Counted from the stretch's first letter, positions 27,179 to 37,090 are shown. The stretch is 64,000 nucleotides of DNA from Myxococcota bacterium (GCA_044344255.1 JBIJDH010000006.1:160001-224000), one strand, 5' to 3'. Made by a program: numbers and translations. Notes: a model not told the origin generated them from the letters alone.

Positions 27179-28926
27179 GCGCCCGAGTCCTCAGCCCAGG
27201 CCTGGATCTCGGCCCAGGCGCCGTCGATGTCGAGGTTGGCCGGCGGGATGTGGTACAGGATGACCGGATCGTCCTCGGTGGGGGCGCTCGCGGCGGCGGT
27301 CTTCGTGAGGCGGGACAGCGTCGCCTTCATCCGGCTGAGGTCGGAGTCGCGGAAGCCGCTCGTGTGGAGCGCGAGGTCGGTCACCCCGAGGCGGGCGAGC
27401 ACCCCGAGGATCTGCTGGGCCTCCGCCTCTCGGCCATCCGCGAGGGCGAGGGAGAGGCGGCGGTTGGTGACCGTCTGCGCGTCGCCGGCCCGCGTGAAGT
27501 CGGTCATGCAGGGCTGGCCGTGGTGGGTCTGGTAGAAGGCCGAGAGCCCCGCGAAGCGGAGGAGGTCGCGGTCATAGCCCCAGAGGTCGAGCAGGGCGCC
27601 CTTGCCCGACAGGCTCGCGTAGGCGCTGGGCACGGTGGCGGGGGCGCGGGTGGTGTCGGTGGCGAAGCCGGTGAAGAGCAGGCCGTCGGCCAGCAAGAGG
27701 CCGAGCAGGAGCGCCGTCCAGCGGGGCCTCAAGCCGTCCCGGCGCAGGCGATCGAGGAACAGCGCCACGAGCGCGGCGAGCCCTACGAAGCTGAGCGCGA
27801 GGAAGCGGGCGGGCATCCGGTAGGCGAGCACGGAGCGGCTGATCGCGTAGAGCCCAGCGTAGGGCAGGCGGAGGGTGCCGAAGCTCCGGTCGTCGAGCCG
27901 GAGGTAGGGGCCGAGGGCCAGCGTGACGCCCACCGCGGAGAGGATCAGCCAAGGCAGGACCTTCCGGGGGCTGCGCACCGCGAGGGCCAGCAGGCCGAAG
28001 CACAGGGGCACGAGGCCGACGCTGCCGATCCGCCCCTGGCGGAGGTGCGCCGTGCCCGGCACCGGGACGAGCAGGCCGGTCAAGCTGAGGGAGTCGAGGG
28101 CGACGTTGCGGAGCGGATCCTGGCCCTCCGGGAACCGAGCGGCGATCGCGCCGTCCAGGGCCGCGCCCACCATCAGCGCGAGGGGCACTACGGTGATCAC
28201 GGCGGCGGCGAGGAAGCCGCCGATGGCCGGCAGCGTGGGGCGGAGCCGGCCGCGCTCCCAGCCGACGAGGATGGCGCTGCCGAGCACGGCGAGGAGGATG
28301 GCGCCGTCCACCGCGTAATAGCCGGAGGACCACGCGAGGGCGCCGAAGAGGAGCCCGGCCTTCACGCCGTCCCGCACCGCCCCGGAGCGGGCGGCGAGCA
28401 CGAGCTGACCGGCGAAGGCGGGGAGGAAGAGCCCCGCCAGGAGGTAGGCCTCCCCCTCGATCCGGTAGGTGTGGGTGAGCGTGTTGAAGGCGAGCACGAG
28501 CCCCGCGGCGAAGGCGGCGGCGCGCCCGACCCCCAGCACCCGATGGGCCAGCCAGGCCCCCGCCGCGCCCGTGCTGGCGATGGCGACGAGCGAGAAGGCG
28601 TTGAAGGCCGCGACCGGCGAGAACACGAAGCGGAAGGGGAGGTAGAGCAGGCCGAAGAGGAAGCTGTCGGCCAGCCGGAGGTCGAGGCCCTTCGGCCAGG
28701 CCACCGCCGTGTCGTGCAGCAGCGGCGCCTCGAAGGAGAGGGCTCGCCAGAAGTGCTCCCCCAGCCAGATCGTGCCGTAGCCGTCGAAGCGGCGAGACGA
28801 GAAGAGCAGCTCGTCGTTGAAGTGTATCGCCAACGGCCAGGTGCTGGCGACGGCGAGGAGCAGGTAGAGCGACCCGGCGGCGAAGAGCGCGCCCGCACCG
28901 GCGGCGGCGGCAGGGCGGTCATTCAA
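27175..28926 (-). CDS. Polytopic membrane protein, GT-C/YfhO-like glycosyltransferase candidate
   Basis: About 12 TMs. TWPL...FDGYGTIW...WPKG, LALGPY, RMPARF, a C-terminal soluble domain, and an ATGA overlap with the next gene. Confidence 0.65.
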   Translation of the reverse strand: MNDRPAAAAGAGALFAAGSLYLLLAVASTWPLAIHFNDELLFSSRRFDGYGTIWLGEHFWRALSFEAPLLHDTAVAWPKGLDLRLADSFLFGLLYLPFRFVFSPVAAFNAFSLVAIASTGAAGAWLAHRVLGVGRAAAFAAGLVLAFNTLTHTYRIEGEAYLLAGLFLPAFAGQLVLAARSGAVRDGVKAGLLFGALAWSSGYYAVDGAILLAVLGSAILVGWERGRLRPTLPAIGGFLAAAVITVVPLALMVGAALDGAIAARFPEGQDPLRNVALDSLSLTGLLVPVPGTAHLRQGRIGSVGLVPLCFGLLALAVRSPRKVLPWLILSAVGVTLALGPYLRLDDRSFGTLRLPYAGLYAISRSVLAYRMPARFLALSFVGLAALVALFLDRLRRDGLRPRWTALLLGLLLADGLLFTGFATDTTRAPATVPSAYASLSGKGALLDLWGYDRDLLRFAGLSAFYQTHHGQPCMTDFTRAGDAQTVTNRRLSLALADGREAEAQQILGVLARLGVTDLALHTSGFRDSDLSRMKATLSRLTKTAAASAPTEDDPVILYHIPPANLDIDGAWAEIQAWAEDSGA

Positions 28927-30782
28927 GGCGGCGGCTCCGGCGAGCGGGGAGGGGGCACTTCAGGGTCACCAGGGTATCGCCCCCTCTCCGGGCCGACCAC
29001 CGGCGCCGCCCCCGCACCATCGACCCCCGCCGCGCCAGGCGCCGCGCAGGGGTCGCCGCCGCCGAAGGGAGCGTAGAAGCGGAGTGTGTCGTCCTGGTAG
29101 ACGGGTGGCCCGAGCAGCTCGGCGAGGCGCCCCCGCATGGCCCGCTGGAGGACGGGGCTGCGAGCCAAGGCCGAGGGGAGGGTGTCGAGCCGCCAAGCGA
29201 ACCAACGATAGCCGAGGACCTGCAGCTCGGCGCGATCTTCGAGGGTCCAGGCGCCCTGGTCTCGGGGGTCGACCACGCTCCGAACCAGGGCGGCTACGAA
29301 GCTGTTCTCGACGCGGAGCGCCTGCTGCGCCGCGGGCACCAAGGCGTGCGAGCGCTCGTTCATGCCCCCGAACATCGGCCGCTCGAAGACGGTCTGGGCG
29401 AAGAGCGGCTCGTGGTCCCGGCCGTAGGGGAGCACGAAGACCGCGCCCTCTTCATCGGCGAGGCAGGCCCAGGCCGGCGCGGTGCGGGCCTCCCAGGTGG
29501 GGAGGGGGAGCTGCCCCGCCCGCGCGCCTTCAAGGCTGAACAGGGTGAGCGAGAGCGCGGCGGCGGCGGCGCGGCGGCGCGGCGGCAGGCGGTCCAGGGC
29601 CGTGGCGGCGCCGAGGGCGCTCAAGGGGACCAAGAGGACGAGGGCCCGCATCGGCCAGTACAGGCGCGCCATCGGCGGGAGCGCGTTGGCCAGGAGCACG
29701 TAGAGCGGGTTGGGCAGGCCGCCCGGCGCCGGGCCGACGGCGAGGAGCAGGGCGAACAGCCCGATGGCCGCCCAGCGTCGTCCGGCGAGGGTGGCGGCGG
29801 CGGCGGCCAGCAGGGCGACGAGGCCGAGCGCGGGCCCAATCGGGGTGACCCCGGACTCCGAGCGGAAGACCGCGTGGATCGGGTCGCCCAGGACGCAGAG
29901 CTGGATGTTGTCGCCAGCGGCGCTCCGCAGCGAGAGCTCCCCGCTCAGCCAGTCGCGGACGGGCAAGACCCCGCCTACCGCCCCCTCCGCCAGGGCCCTC
30001 CCGAGGGGCAGCGCGACCGGGGCGCAGAGCAGCAGGGAGAGCAGCCCCATGCCGAAGAGGCGCGGCAGCGCGCTGCGGAGGCGGAGCTCCGGGGGCGCGG
30101 AGAGGGCGAGGAGGCAGGCCGCGAGCGCCGCGAAGAGGCCGGCGAACCAGTAGACGTAGGCGGTGAGCGCGAACATCAGGCCGGCGACGACGGCGCTGCG
30201 CCAGCCCGCGCGGGGCTCTCGCTCTCGAAAGGCCCGATCTGCGGCGCCGAGCGCGAGCAGCAGGGGCGCGGCGATGGCCTGGGTGGGGCGGCCCTGGATG
30301 AGCTCGAAGAGGGGGGTGGGGTGCAAGGCGGCGATCGCGGCGCCGAGCAGGATCCCGTGGGGGGAGGCCCCGCGCTGCCGGAGCCAGAGCCCGGCCGCGG
30401 CGCCGTTGCTGGCGAGGATCAGCAGGTAGAGCGTGTTCCAAGCGAAGGTCGGCCCGCCCCACCAGCGGAGGGGCACGCTGAAGAGGGCGTCGACGAGGTT
30501 GGCGCCGGTGTCCCCAGCGATGTCCTTGCCCCAGGGGAAGAAGAGACGATCCGTGTGCAGGCCGAGCTCGGAGCCCTCGACGTAGCGGGCGGCCCACCAC
30601 TGGAACCACCAGGTGCCGAGCGCGTCCACCGAGCGGGTGCCGAGGGCCGTCTCTCCCCCGGCTCGGAGGCCGAAGCCGACGAAGATCAGCGCCATCACGA
30701 GCAGCGTGAGGGCGAGCAGCCCGATTCGGCGCCCGTCGACGGGAGCCGGTGGCAGGGGAGGAGCGACCGGCGGAGGAGACAT
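28923..30782 (-). CDS. Polytopic membrane protein, GT-C/YfhO-like glycosyltransferase candidate (paralogue of the downstream gene)
   Basis: VDALGTWWFQWW...LFFPWGKD, LAVGP, RLYWPMR, AVFVLP...QTVFERPMFGG. Start estimated at MSPPPV. Confidence 0.65.
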   Translation of the reverse strand: MSPPPVAPPLPPAPVDGRRIGLLALTLLVMALIFVGFGLRAGGETALGTRSVDALGTWWFQWWAARYVEGSELGLHTDRLFFPWGKDIAGDTGANLVDALFSVPLRWWGGPTFAWNTLYLLILASNGAAAGLWLRQRGASPHGILLGAAIAALHPTPLFELIQGRPTQAIAAPLLLALGAADRAFREREPRAGWRSAVVAGLMFALTAYVYWFAGLFAALAACLLALSAPPELRLRSALPRLFGMGLLSLLLCAPVALPLGRALAEGAVGGVLPVRDWLSGELSLRSAAGDNIQLCVLGDPIHAVFRSESGVTPIGPALGLVALLAAAAATLAGRRWAAIGLFALLLAVGPAPGGLPNPLYVLLANALPPMARLYWPMRALVLLVPLSALGAATALDRLPPRRRAAAAALSLTLFSLEGARAGQLPLPTWEARTAPAWACLADEEGAVFVLPYGRDHEPLFAQTVFERPMFGGMNERSHALVPAAQQALRVENSFVAALVRSVVDPRDQGAWTLEDRAELQVLGYRWFAWRLDTLPSALARSPVLQRAMRGRLAELLGPPVYQDDTLRFYAPFGGGDPCAAPGAAGVDGAGAAPVVGPERGRYPGDPEVPPPRSPEPPP

Positions 30783-30924
30783 CGAAGCGCGACCCATCGG
30801 GGCTGGCGGATTAACGGGTGGGATGCCATCTTGGGGTGCCGGGCGACGCCCGCGGCCCCCTCCGAGGCGGCCCTCGAGGGATCCTCGAGGGCCCCTCGAC
30901 CTCCTGTACCGGAGCGCCAACCTG

Positions 30925-31317
30925 ATGTTCAGCCGCCTGATCACCGCCTCGGCCGGCCTCGCTGCGCCTCTCGTCCTGCGCGGCTCCCGTTGCCTCCTCT
31001 TCGGCGCCCTCGTGTGGGTCACCGCTTGTTCCACGACGCGAGACTGCGCCACCTTGGACAAGCCGGCGGATCGCGACTGGTGCTGGTACGAGGTCGCGGT
31101 CGCCGCCGCCGAAGCCGATGATCTCCCGAAGGTGAACGAGGCCGTCCAAAAGATCGAGGAGCCGATGGTGCGATCGGCCGCCGTCAACAAGGTGCTCTCC
31201 CTCGACCCGCAGGGGCTCGACGAGAAGAGCGCGATCACGATGTGCGACACGCTCATCGAGACCGACCAGAAGACCTGCATCAACACCTGGAAGCGGCCCC
31301 ACCTCTGGACCAACTGA
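30925..31317 (+). CDS. Small Cys-containing lipoprotein
   Basis: Lipobox VTAC, then C...RDWC...C......C...KRPHL. Low-GC3-bias, Lys/Asp-rich composition unlike the shadow ORFs. Confidence 0.65.
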   Translation: MFSRLITASAGLAAPLVLRGSRCLLFGALVWVTACSTTRDCATLDKPADRDWCWYEVAVAAAEADDLPKVNEAVQKIEEPMVRSAAVNKVLSLDPQGLDEKSAITMCDTLIETDQKTCINTWKRPHLWTN

Positions 31318-31388
31318 CCCTCCCTTCTGCGGGGCGACGGGCGGGGGGGCGCGCGCCGCGGCGCCGCCCCCGGTCCCTCGCCCCACGG

Positions 31389-32105
31389 ATGCCGTGCGTG
31401 ACCGCGCTCTTCCTGCTGCTGCTCGCTTGCGCGCCCAATCCCGCGTCAGTCCCCGCCGCGGCCTCCACCGCGGCCTCCGCCGCCGTGGCGCCGCTCGGGC
31501 CGGCGCTCGAGCGGCAGGCGGGCCTCGTGCGGGTCGACCTCCTGCTCGGCCGAGACGAGCGCGAGTTGGTCGAGGCCTTCGAGGCCTTGATCCGGGAGGA
31601 GTCCGTCGTGCTCGGGACGGGCGCCTCGCGGCACCTCCAGGCCTTGCAGGCCCAGGAGCCCGAGGCCCAGCGAGAGGCCGCCCGAAATGGCACCGCCGCC
31701 GCGGACCTCCTCGGGCCGCTCATCGAGGTCCGGCGCCTCATCGGCCGCGACCCCGAGCTCACCGACGGCCGGCCCGGCACCGCGGTCCGTGGCACGGCCT
31801 CCCGCCTGCTCGAGGACGACCGAGACCGCCTCGTGGTCGCCGCGGCGCCCGTAGACCGCGCCCTCGGCGCCCTTGATCTCACCCTCCGAGACCCCGAGCG
31901 CCTCGCTGACCCCGCCGCGCTTCACGCCGTCGGGGAGCAGCTCCCCGGGCTGATCCTCGACCTGCTGGATCTCCAGCGTACGCGCTTGCTCGGCCTCCTT
32001 CGCGCCCTCCCCTTCTTGACCAGCGACGAGGCCACCGCCCTCCTCGTGAGCGCCGAGGTGAGCGGGTGGCTGCTCCTCGGTCCACCGACGGAGCCAGTCG
32101 AGTGA
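31389..32105 (+). CDS. Hypothetical lipoprotein
   Basis: Lipobox LLLAC and a helical, Leu-rich body. Confidence 0.55.
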   Translation: MPCVTALFLLLLACAPNPASVPAAASTAASAAVAPLGPALERQAGLVRVDLLLGRDERELVEAFEALIREESVVLGTGASRHLQALQAQEPEAQREAARNGTAAADLLGPLIEVRRLIGRDPELTDGRPGTAVRGTASRLLEDDRDRLVVAAAPVDRALGALDLTLRDPERLADPAALHAVGEQLPGLILDLLDLQRTRLLGLLRALPFLTSDEATALLVSAEVSGWLLLGPPTEPVE

Positions 32106-32128
32106 GACCCGTGATAGGGCGGCCGTCC

Positions 32129-33229
32129 ATGCGCACATCCGATCCCGCTCGCGCCCGATCTCCGCACCTCGCCCCCACCCTCCTCGCGCTCCTCGCGCTG
32201 GGGTTGGCGCCGCTCGTGCCGTTCGCCACGCGTGGGCCCACCATCGGCGTCGCGGCCGCGCAGCAGGGGGACCCCGGCGCCTCCGGTGCCGGCCCTGCGC
32301 CCAGCCTCGTCGGAAGCCAGACCGGCCCCAACGGCTCTTCGAGCGATGGCGCCCCCAACGGCGGCGTCCCGAGCGGCGGTGCCCCGAGCGGCGGTGCCCC
32401 GAGCGGAGGTGGCAACGGGGCGGGCGAACCTCCCCCGGAGGGCGGTGCGCCCGGTGGTGGGCCCGGTGGCGCGCCGATGGGCGTCCAGGGCGGCGCAGCG
32501 GCCTCCCCGGCCGATGATCTCACTTGGTCGGTAGGGAGCTGGGCGCTCGTGCTCCTCGTCGGCGTCGGCGGGCTGCTGCTCACCCAGCGGGTCCGTCGAT
32601 GGTCCGATCGAGAGGTGCAGCCCGCCCTTCGCGCCCTCGCGGGGGCCGCCGCGCGGGTCGAGGCGCAGGAGGAGCCGCTGCCCCTCCGCCTCTGGGTCCC
32701 TGCGGCGCCGCCGCCCCTCGCCCTCGGGCGGGCCTGGCCGCCGGGCCGCCTCCACCTGGTCGCCGCGGAGCGGGGAGGGCTGGCGATCGAGTGGGTGGCG
32801 GATTGGCTCCAGGCGCCCCACAGCGCCGCGGCCCTCGTGGCCCGGTCCTGGGCCCCGGCGCAGATCGAGGCCGCGCTGCGGGCCCGCGGCGCCGCCCTTC
32901 CCGTCCCCGGCCGCCTCCTCGGCGCCACCGACGTCCCTGGCTTCGGCAAGGGCGCCGGGGCGCTGCTCGCCGAGGTCTCGCTCCGCGGGAGCCCGGTCGC
33001 GCTGGTGGTCGACGTGGAGGGCGTCGAGGACGTGCTCGATCCCGTCGCCCTCCTCCGCTCGCTCGCTCAACGCTTCGCCCCGGCGCTCGAGGCGGAGGGG
33101 GCCGTGCTCGTCGCCTTCCTGCCGGCCCGCGCCAAGGGGGCCCTGCTCGAGCTGGGTCCCACCCCGGGGGTCGGGCTGCGCCTCGTCGAAGAGGAGGGTC
33201 AGCTCCGCGGCGTGACCGACCCGGTCTGA
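32129..33229 (+). CDS. Hypothetical membrane protein with Gly/Pro low-complexity region
   Basis: Signal, GG(A/V)PS repeats, a TM helix and a cytoplasmic domain. Confidence 0.5.
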   Translation: MRTSDPARARSPHLAPTLLALLALGLAPLVPFATRGPTIGVAAAQQGDPGASGAGPAPSLVGSQTGPNGSSSDGAPNGGVPSGGAPSGGAPSGGGNGAGEPPPEGGAPGGGPGGAPMGVQGGAAASPADDLTWSVGSWALVLLVGVGGLLLTQRVRRWSDREVQPALRALAGAAARVEAQEEPLPLRLWVPAAPPPLALGRAWPPGRLHLVAAERGGLAIEWVADWLQAPHSAAALVARSWAPAQIEAALRARGAALPVPGRLLGATDVPGFGKGAGALLAEVSLRGSPVALVVDVEGVEDVLDPVALLRSLAQRFAPALEAEGAVLVAFLPARAKGALLELGPTPGVGLRLVEEEGQLRGVTDPV

Positions 33230-33251
33230 GCCTGCGAGGGCCCGCCGCAGT

Positions 33252-34316
33252 TCAGGGCGCCTTGGAACCCTCGCCCTTCACGGCGTCGATGGCGGCCATC
33301 CCGCGGGCGATCTGACCGGTCAGGTCTCCTTCGACGGCCTTGGCGGCGACCTTGACGGCGTTGCGGATCGCGCGGGCGTTGCTGCGGCCGTGCGCCTTGA
33401 TCACCACGCGATCGAGGCCGAGCAGGGGGGCGCCGCCGTACTGCTTCCAGTCCGTCATCGTGCGGAGCTCGCGGAGGCCGCGTGACAGCATCGTGAGGCC
33501 GAGGCGCCAGAGGAATTTGCGGGCGTAGGCGTCCTTGGCGATGTCAGCCACCACCTCGCCCACGCCCTCGAGCATCTTGAGCACGACATTGCCGAGGAAG
33601 CCGTCGCAGACCACGATGTCGACCGTGCCCCTCGGGATGTCGAGCCCCTCGACGTTGCCGTGGAAGTGGAGCCCCGGCGCCGCTCGAAGGAGCTGGTGGG
33701 CCGCCACGATGGTCTCGGTGCCCTTGTTCGGCTCGGTGCCGTTGGAGAGCAGGGCCACCTTGGGCTGATCGTGGCCCGAGATGATGCGGGAGTAGGCGCT
33801 CCCCATCACCGCGAAGCCGAGGAGGTCTTCGGGGGAGGCCCCGATGGTGGCGCCGACGTCGAGGATGAGGGCGAAGGGGTCTCCCCGCGGGCCGTGGCGC
33901 TGCTCGGTCGGGTAGACGGCGGCCAGCGCGGCGCGGCGGACCCCGGGCAGCCGCTGGTAGAGCGCCGATGCGGCGAGGATGGTGGCGCCGGTGTGCCCCG
34001 CGCTGACGAGGGCGTCGGCCTCCCCGGCGGCGACGAGCTCGGCGGCGACGTTGATCGAGGCGCGGGGCATCGCGCGCAGGGCCTCGCGGGGATCGGCGTC
34101 CATGCGCACCACCCCCTCGGCGGGCACCACCTGGATCCAGGCCGGGTCGTAGCGGTTCTTCGCCAGCGCGGCGCCGATGAGCGCCTCGTCGCCGACGAGC
34201 AGCACGCGCACGGGGCGCTCCTCTCGTGACAGGGTGGCCGCCCCCGCCACCACCTCTTGGACCCCTTGGTCGCCGCCCATGGCGTCGAGGGCCACCCGCA
34301 CTGGCGCGCCGCTCAT
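33252..34316 (-). CDS. plsX: Phosphate acyltransferase PlsX family (divergent)
   Basis: VALDAMGGD, VSAGHTGA, LDVGA, GNVEG.D, VVCDGFLGNVVLK, YGGAPLLG, KAHGRS. Confidence 0.88.
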   Translation of the reverse strand: MSGAPVRVALDAMGGDQGVQEVVAGAATLSREERPVRVLLVGDEALIGAALAKNRYDPAWIQVVPAEGVVRMDADPREALRAMPRASINVAAELVAAGEADALVSAGHTGATILAASALYQRLPGVRRAALAAVYPTEQRHGPRGDPFALILDVGATIGASPEDLLGFAVMGSAYSRIISGHDQPKVALLSNGTEPNKGTETIVAAHQLLRAAPGLHFHGNVEGLDIPRGTVDIVVCDGFLGNVVLKMLEGVGEVVADIAKDAYARKFLWRLGLTMLSRGLRELRTMTDWKQYGGAPLLGLDRVVIKAHGRSNARAIRNAVKVAAKAVEGDLTGQIARGMAAIDAVKGEGSKAP

Positions 34317-35395
34317 CGGCCGCGCTCGCCCTGGCCGGGGCCGGGCTGGAAGGCGCCGCGGTGCCGCACCGTGAAGCCGATCTGACGGGCGGCGTCGAGC
34401 ACCCGCTCGAAGTCGTGCGAGATCGTGGCGCCGGCCTTGGTGGTCACCTCGTCCTCGGTGGGGAGGTCGAAGTCATTGGCGCCGTAGCGGAGGCCGAGCA
34501 TGGCGTCCTCGTTCCGGGTGAGCACGCTCGTGCGGATGTGGACGATGTTGTCGAGGTAGATGCGGCAGACCGCCAGCCAGCGCAGGTACTCGCCGGTGCT
34601 CAGCTCCGCCCCCCCGGCCGCGGTGTCGTACGGCTTGTAGGTCCAGCAGAGGAAGCTCGTCAGCCGCCCGCCCACGCTGTCCTGGAAGTCGCGCAGGCGC
34701 TCGAGGTGGTTGAGCCGCTCCTCCAGGGGCTCGTCGAAGCCGATGACCATCGTGGCGGTGCTGCCGATGCCGGCGTCCAAGATGGCGCGCTGGGCCGTGA
34801 GGTAGTCCTCGACCTTGTACTTGGCCGGGCTGTGGCGGAGGCGGAAGCGGTCGTCCATGATCTCGGCGCCCCCGCCGGTGATCCAGCCGGTGCCGGCCTC
34901 GGCGAAGAGGCGGGCCCCCTCGGCGTAGCTCACGCCGGTCCGCTTGGTGACGAACATGAACTCGGCCACCGTCATCTCGTAGAACTGGACGCGGCCCTCG
35001 AAGCGCTGGCGGAGGCGCCGGAAGAGGCGGGCGTAGTCCTCGATGCGGATGTCGGGGTGAAAGCCCCCGTTGAAGCCGACGAGCGTGCCGCCGAGCTGGA
35101 GCAGGGCGTCGATGCGGGCCTCAATCTGCTCGTCCGTGAGGAGATAGCCGCCCTCCTGGCCCGGGAGCCGGTAGAAGGCGCAATAGTCGCAGCGGGCGAC
35201 GCAGATGTTCGTCGTGTTGATGATGGCCATGACGAGGTAGGTCGCCTCGTCGGGCCGATGGTAGCGGGCCCGCACGATGCCCGCGAGCTCGGTGAGCGTC
35301 TCGTCGCTGGCCTCGGTGAAGAGGGCCGCCGCTTCAGCACGATCGACGCGCCCGCCCGCGATCAGCCGGTCGCGCAGGGGAGAGGGGGAACCCAT
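34313..35395 (-). CDS. CofH/MqnC-family radical SAM enzyme (divergent)
   Basis: INTTNICVARCDYCAFYR, GGGAEI, STATM.IG, YLR.LA.CRIYLDN, GANDF. Confidence 0.85.
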   Translation of the reverse strand: MGSPSPLRDRLIAGGRVDRAEAAALFTEASDETLTELAGIVRARYHRPDEATYLVMAIINTTNICVARCDYCAFYRLPGQEGGYLLTDEQIEARIDALLQLGGTLVGFNGGFHPDIRIEDYARLFRRLRQRFEGRVQFYEMTVAEFMFVTKRTGVSYAEGARLFAEAGTGWITGGGAEIMDDRFRLRHSPAKYKVEDYLTAQRAILDAGIGSTATMVIGFDEPLEERLNHLERLRDFQDSVGGRLTSFLCWTYKPYDTAAGGAELSTGEYLRWLAVCRIYLDNIVHIRTSVLTRNEDAMLGLRYGANDFDLPTEDEVTTKAGATISHDFERVLDAARQIGFTVRHRGAFQPGPGQGERGR

Positions 35396-35503
35396 CGGTC
35401 ACCTCGAAGGCCGCTCGCCCTAACCTGTCCGATGGGTCGGTCGCCGAGGGCTGGCTTTACAGGTCGAGCGCGCCGGGTCAGTGAGGGCCGCCGCCGAGGT
35501 CCT

Positions 35504-36406
35504 ATGTCCAGCGTCGTCACCGAGCTCCCCCTGGACGCCGGGCCCCCCGGGCGCGGCGTGAGGCAGGGCGTCCAGCGGATGCTGGTGGCCTGTGTCTTCT
35601 TCGCGCTGATGGCCCTCTGCGCGGGAGAGGCGCATCGGCTCGACCCCACCCTCTCCACCGCGATGACGAGCCTCGTGCGCTCGTCGGTCAACCTCGTGGC
35701 GCTCGTGCTGCTGGCCCGCGGCAACATGGGCCTCCTCTTTGGAGACCGTCGGGCCGCCTTGTGGGTGCGCGGCGTCACGGGCGGCCTCGCGCTCGTCTCC
35801 TACTTCGCCGCGCTCGAGCGGGTCGGGATCGGAGAGGCCGCCTTCCTCAACCAGACGAGCGCGGTGTGGGTCGCCATCCTGGCCCCCCTCTTGCTCCGGG
35901 AGCCGGCCCGGGCGCGGGCCACCCTCGCCGTGGCGGGCTCGATCGTGGGCGTGCTGCTGCTCACCCACCCCCGCCCCGAGGGCAGCGACACCGTCGGGCG
36001 GATCATCGGCCTCGTGTCAGGGCTCTGCGCGGCGGGCGCCTACCTCTCCGTCCGGCGGGCGGGGGCCACCAACGGCCCCATCACCATCGTCTTCTACTTC
36101 ACGCTGGTGGCGACGATCATCGCCGGCGCCCTCTCCATCGGGGTGGGCGCCAAGCTGCCCCACGATCCGCGGGTCTGGGCCTGCCTCGTCGGCGCCGGCC
36201 TCGCCGCCACCTTCGCCCAGATGCGGATGACCGAGGCCTACGCCCTCGCCCCTGCCGCCCTCATCTCGGCCACCGGCGCCGCCAGCCCGCTCCTCAACGC
36301 GGTCGCAGGGTGGGTCTTCCTCGGGGAAGTACCCGATCTCGCGGGTCGGGCGGGGATGGCCGTGCTGCTGATCTCCGCCGTGGCCCTCCCCCTCCTGAGC
36401 CGCTGA
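35504..36406 (+). CDS. DMT/EamA family transporter
   Basis: About 10 hydrophobic helices in two repeats, LWVRG, LLRE, IVFYF, FLGE.P. Confidence 0.88.
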   Translation: MSSVVTELPLDAGPPGRGVRQGVQRMLVACVFFALMALCAGEAHRLDPTLSTAMTSLVRSSVNLVALVLLARGNMGLLFGDRRAALWVRGVTGGLALVSYFAALERVGIGEAAFLNQTSAVWVAILAPLLLREPARARATLAVAGSIVGVLLLTHPRPEGSDTVGRIIGLVSGLCAAGAYLSVRRAGATNGPITIVFYFTLVATIIAGALSIGVGAKLPHDPRVWACLVGAGLAATFAQMRMTEAYALAPAALISATGAASPLLNAVAGWVFLGEVPDLAGRAGMAVLLISAVALPLLSR

Positions 36407-36415
36407 GCCCGCCGA

Positions 36416-37090
36416 TCAAGGGAAGGGCAGGGGAGCCGTGAAGCAGAGCAGCGCCCCGTTGTAGGGGTGGTGGAGGCGGAGGGTCGCGGCGTGCAGCAGC
36501 AGCCGGGGCGCGCGGGCGACGACGTCGGGCGGGGCGTAGAAGCGGTCGCCCAGGATGGGGTGGCCGATCGCCCGCAGGTGCAGCCGGAGCTGGTGGGATC
36601 GGCCGGTCTCGGGATGGAGCTCGAGCAGCGAGCTCTGATCGGCGTCGCGGGAGAGCACCACCCAGCGGGTGCGGGCCGGCTTGCCCCCGGGATCGACCCG
36701 CGAGCGGGGCTCCCCCTCGATCGTGGACAGGGGCAGATCGATCAGGCCGCCCTCCGCCGCCGGCCAGCCGGCGACCCGCGCGAGGTAGGTCTTCTCGACG
36801 CGGCGGTCGCGGAACTGTTGGTGCAGGGTGGCCTCGGCGCGCCGTCGGAGGGCGAAGACCAGCACGCCCGAGGTGTCGAGGTCGAGGCGGTGGGCGGCCC
36901 AGGCGGCCTCGCGGTCCCGGCGCAGGCGCGTCTCGGCGCTGTCGAGCAGGGCGGGGCCGCGGCCCGGCACCGAGAGGAGCCCCGCCGGCTTGTCGATCAC
37001 GACGATGTCGCGGTCTTCGTGGAGCAGGCTGAGCCACGGCTCGAGCGGGGGCGCGTAGGTCCAGGTCGCGGGCAGCAGCGGCTCAGTCAC
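36416..37090 (-). CDS. RluA family pseudouridine synthase
   Basis: DKPAGLLSVPG, HRLDLDTSG, VEKTYLA, TGRSHQLRLH, GHPILGD, LLLHA. Confidence 0.92.
   Translation of the reverse strand: MTEPLLPATWTYAPPLEPWLSLLHEDRDIVVIDKPAGLLSVPGRGPALLDSAETRLRRDREAAWAAHRLDLDTSGVLVFALRRRAEATLHQQFRDRRVEKTYLARVAGWPAAEGGLIDLPLSTIEGEPRSRVDPGGKPARTRWVVLSRDADQSSLLELHPETGRSHQLRLHLRAIGHPILGDRFYAPPDVVARAPRLLLHAATLRLHHPYNGALLCFTAPLPFP

Noticed and set aside
30783..31313. N-terminal 177 aa of the 796-aa ORF 28923-31313
   Set aside because: It is antisense to the better-supported lipoprotein at 30925-31317, so the start was moved to ~30782.
34226..35503. N-terminal 426 aa of the 726-aa ORF as a fusion to the DMT transporter
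   Set aside because: It is the antisense shadow of the MqnC-like gene; the transporter starts at 35504.
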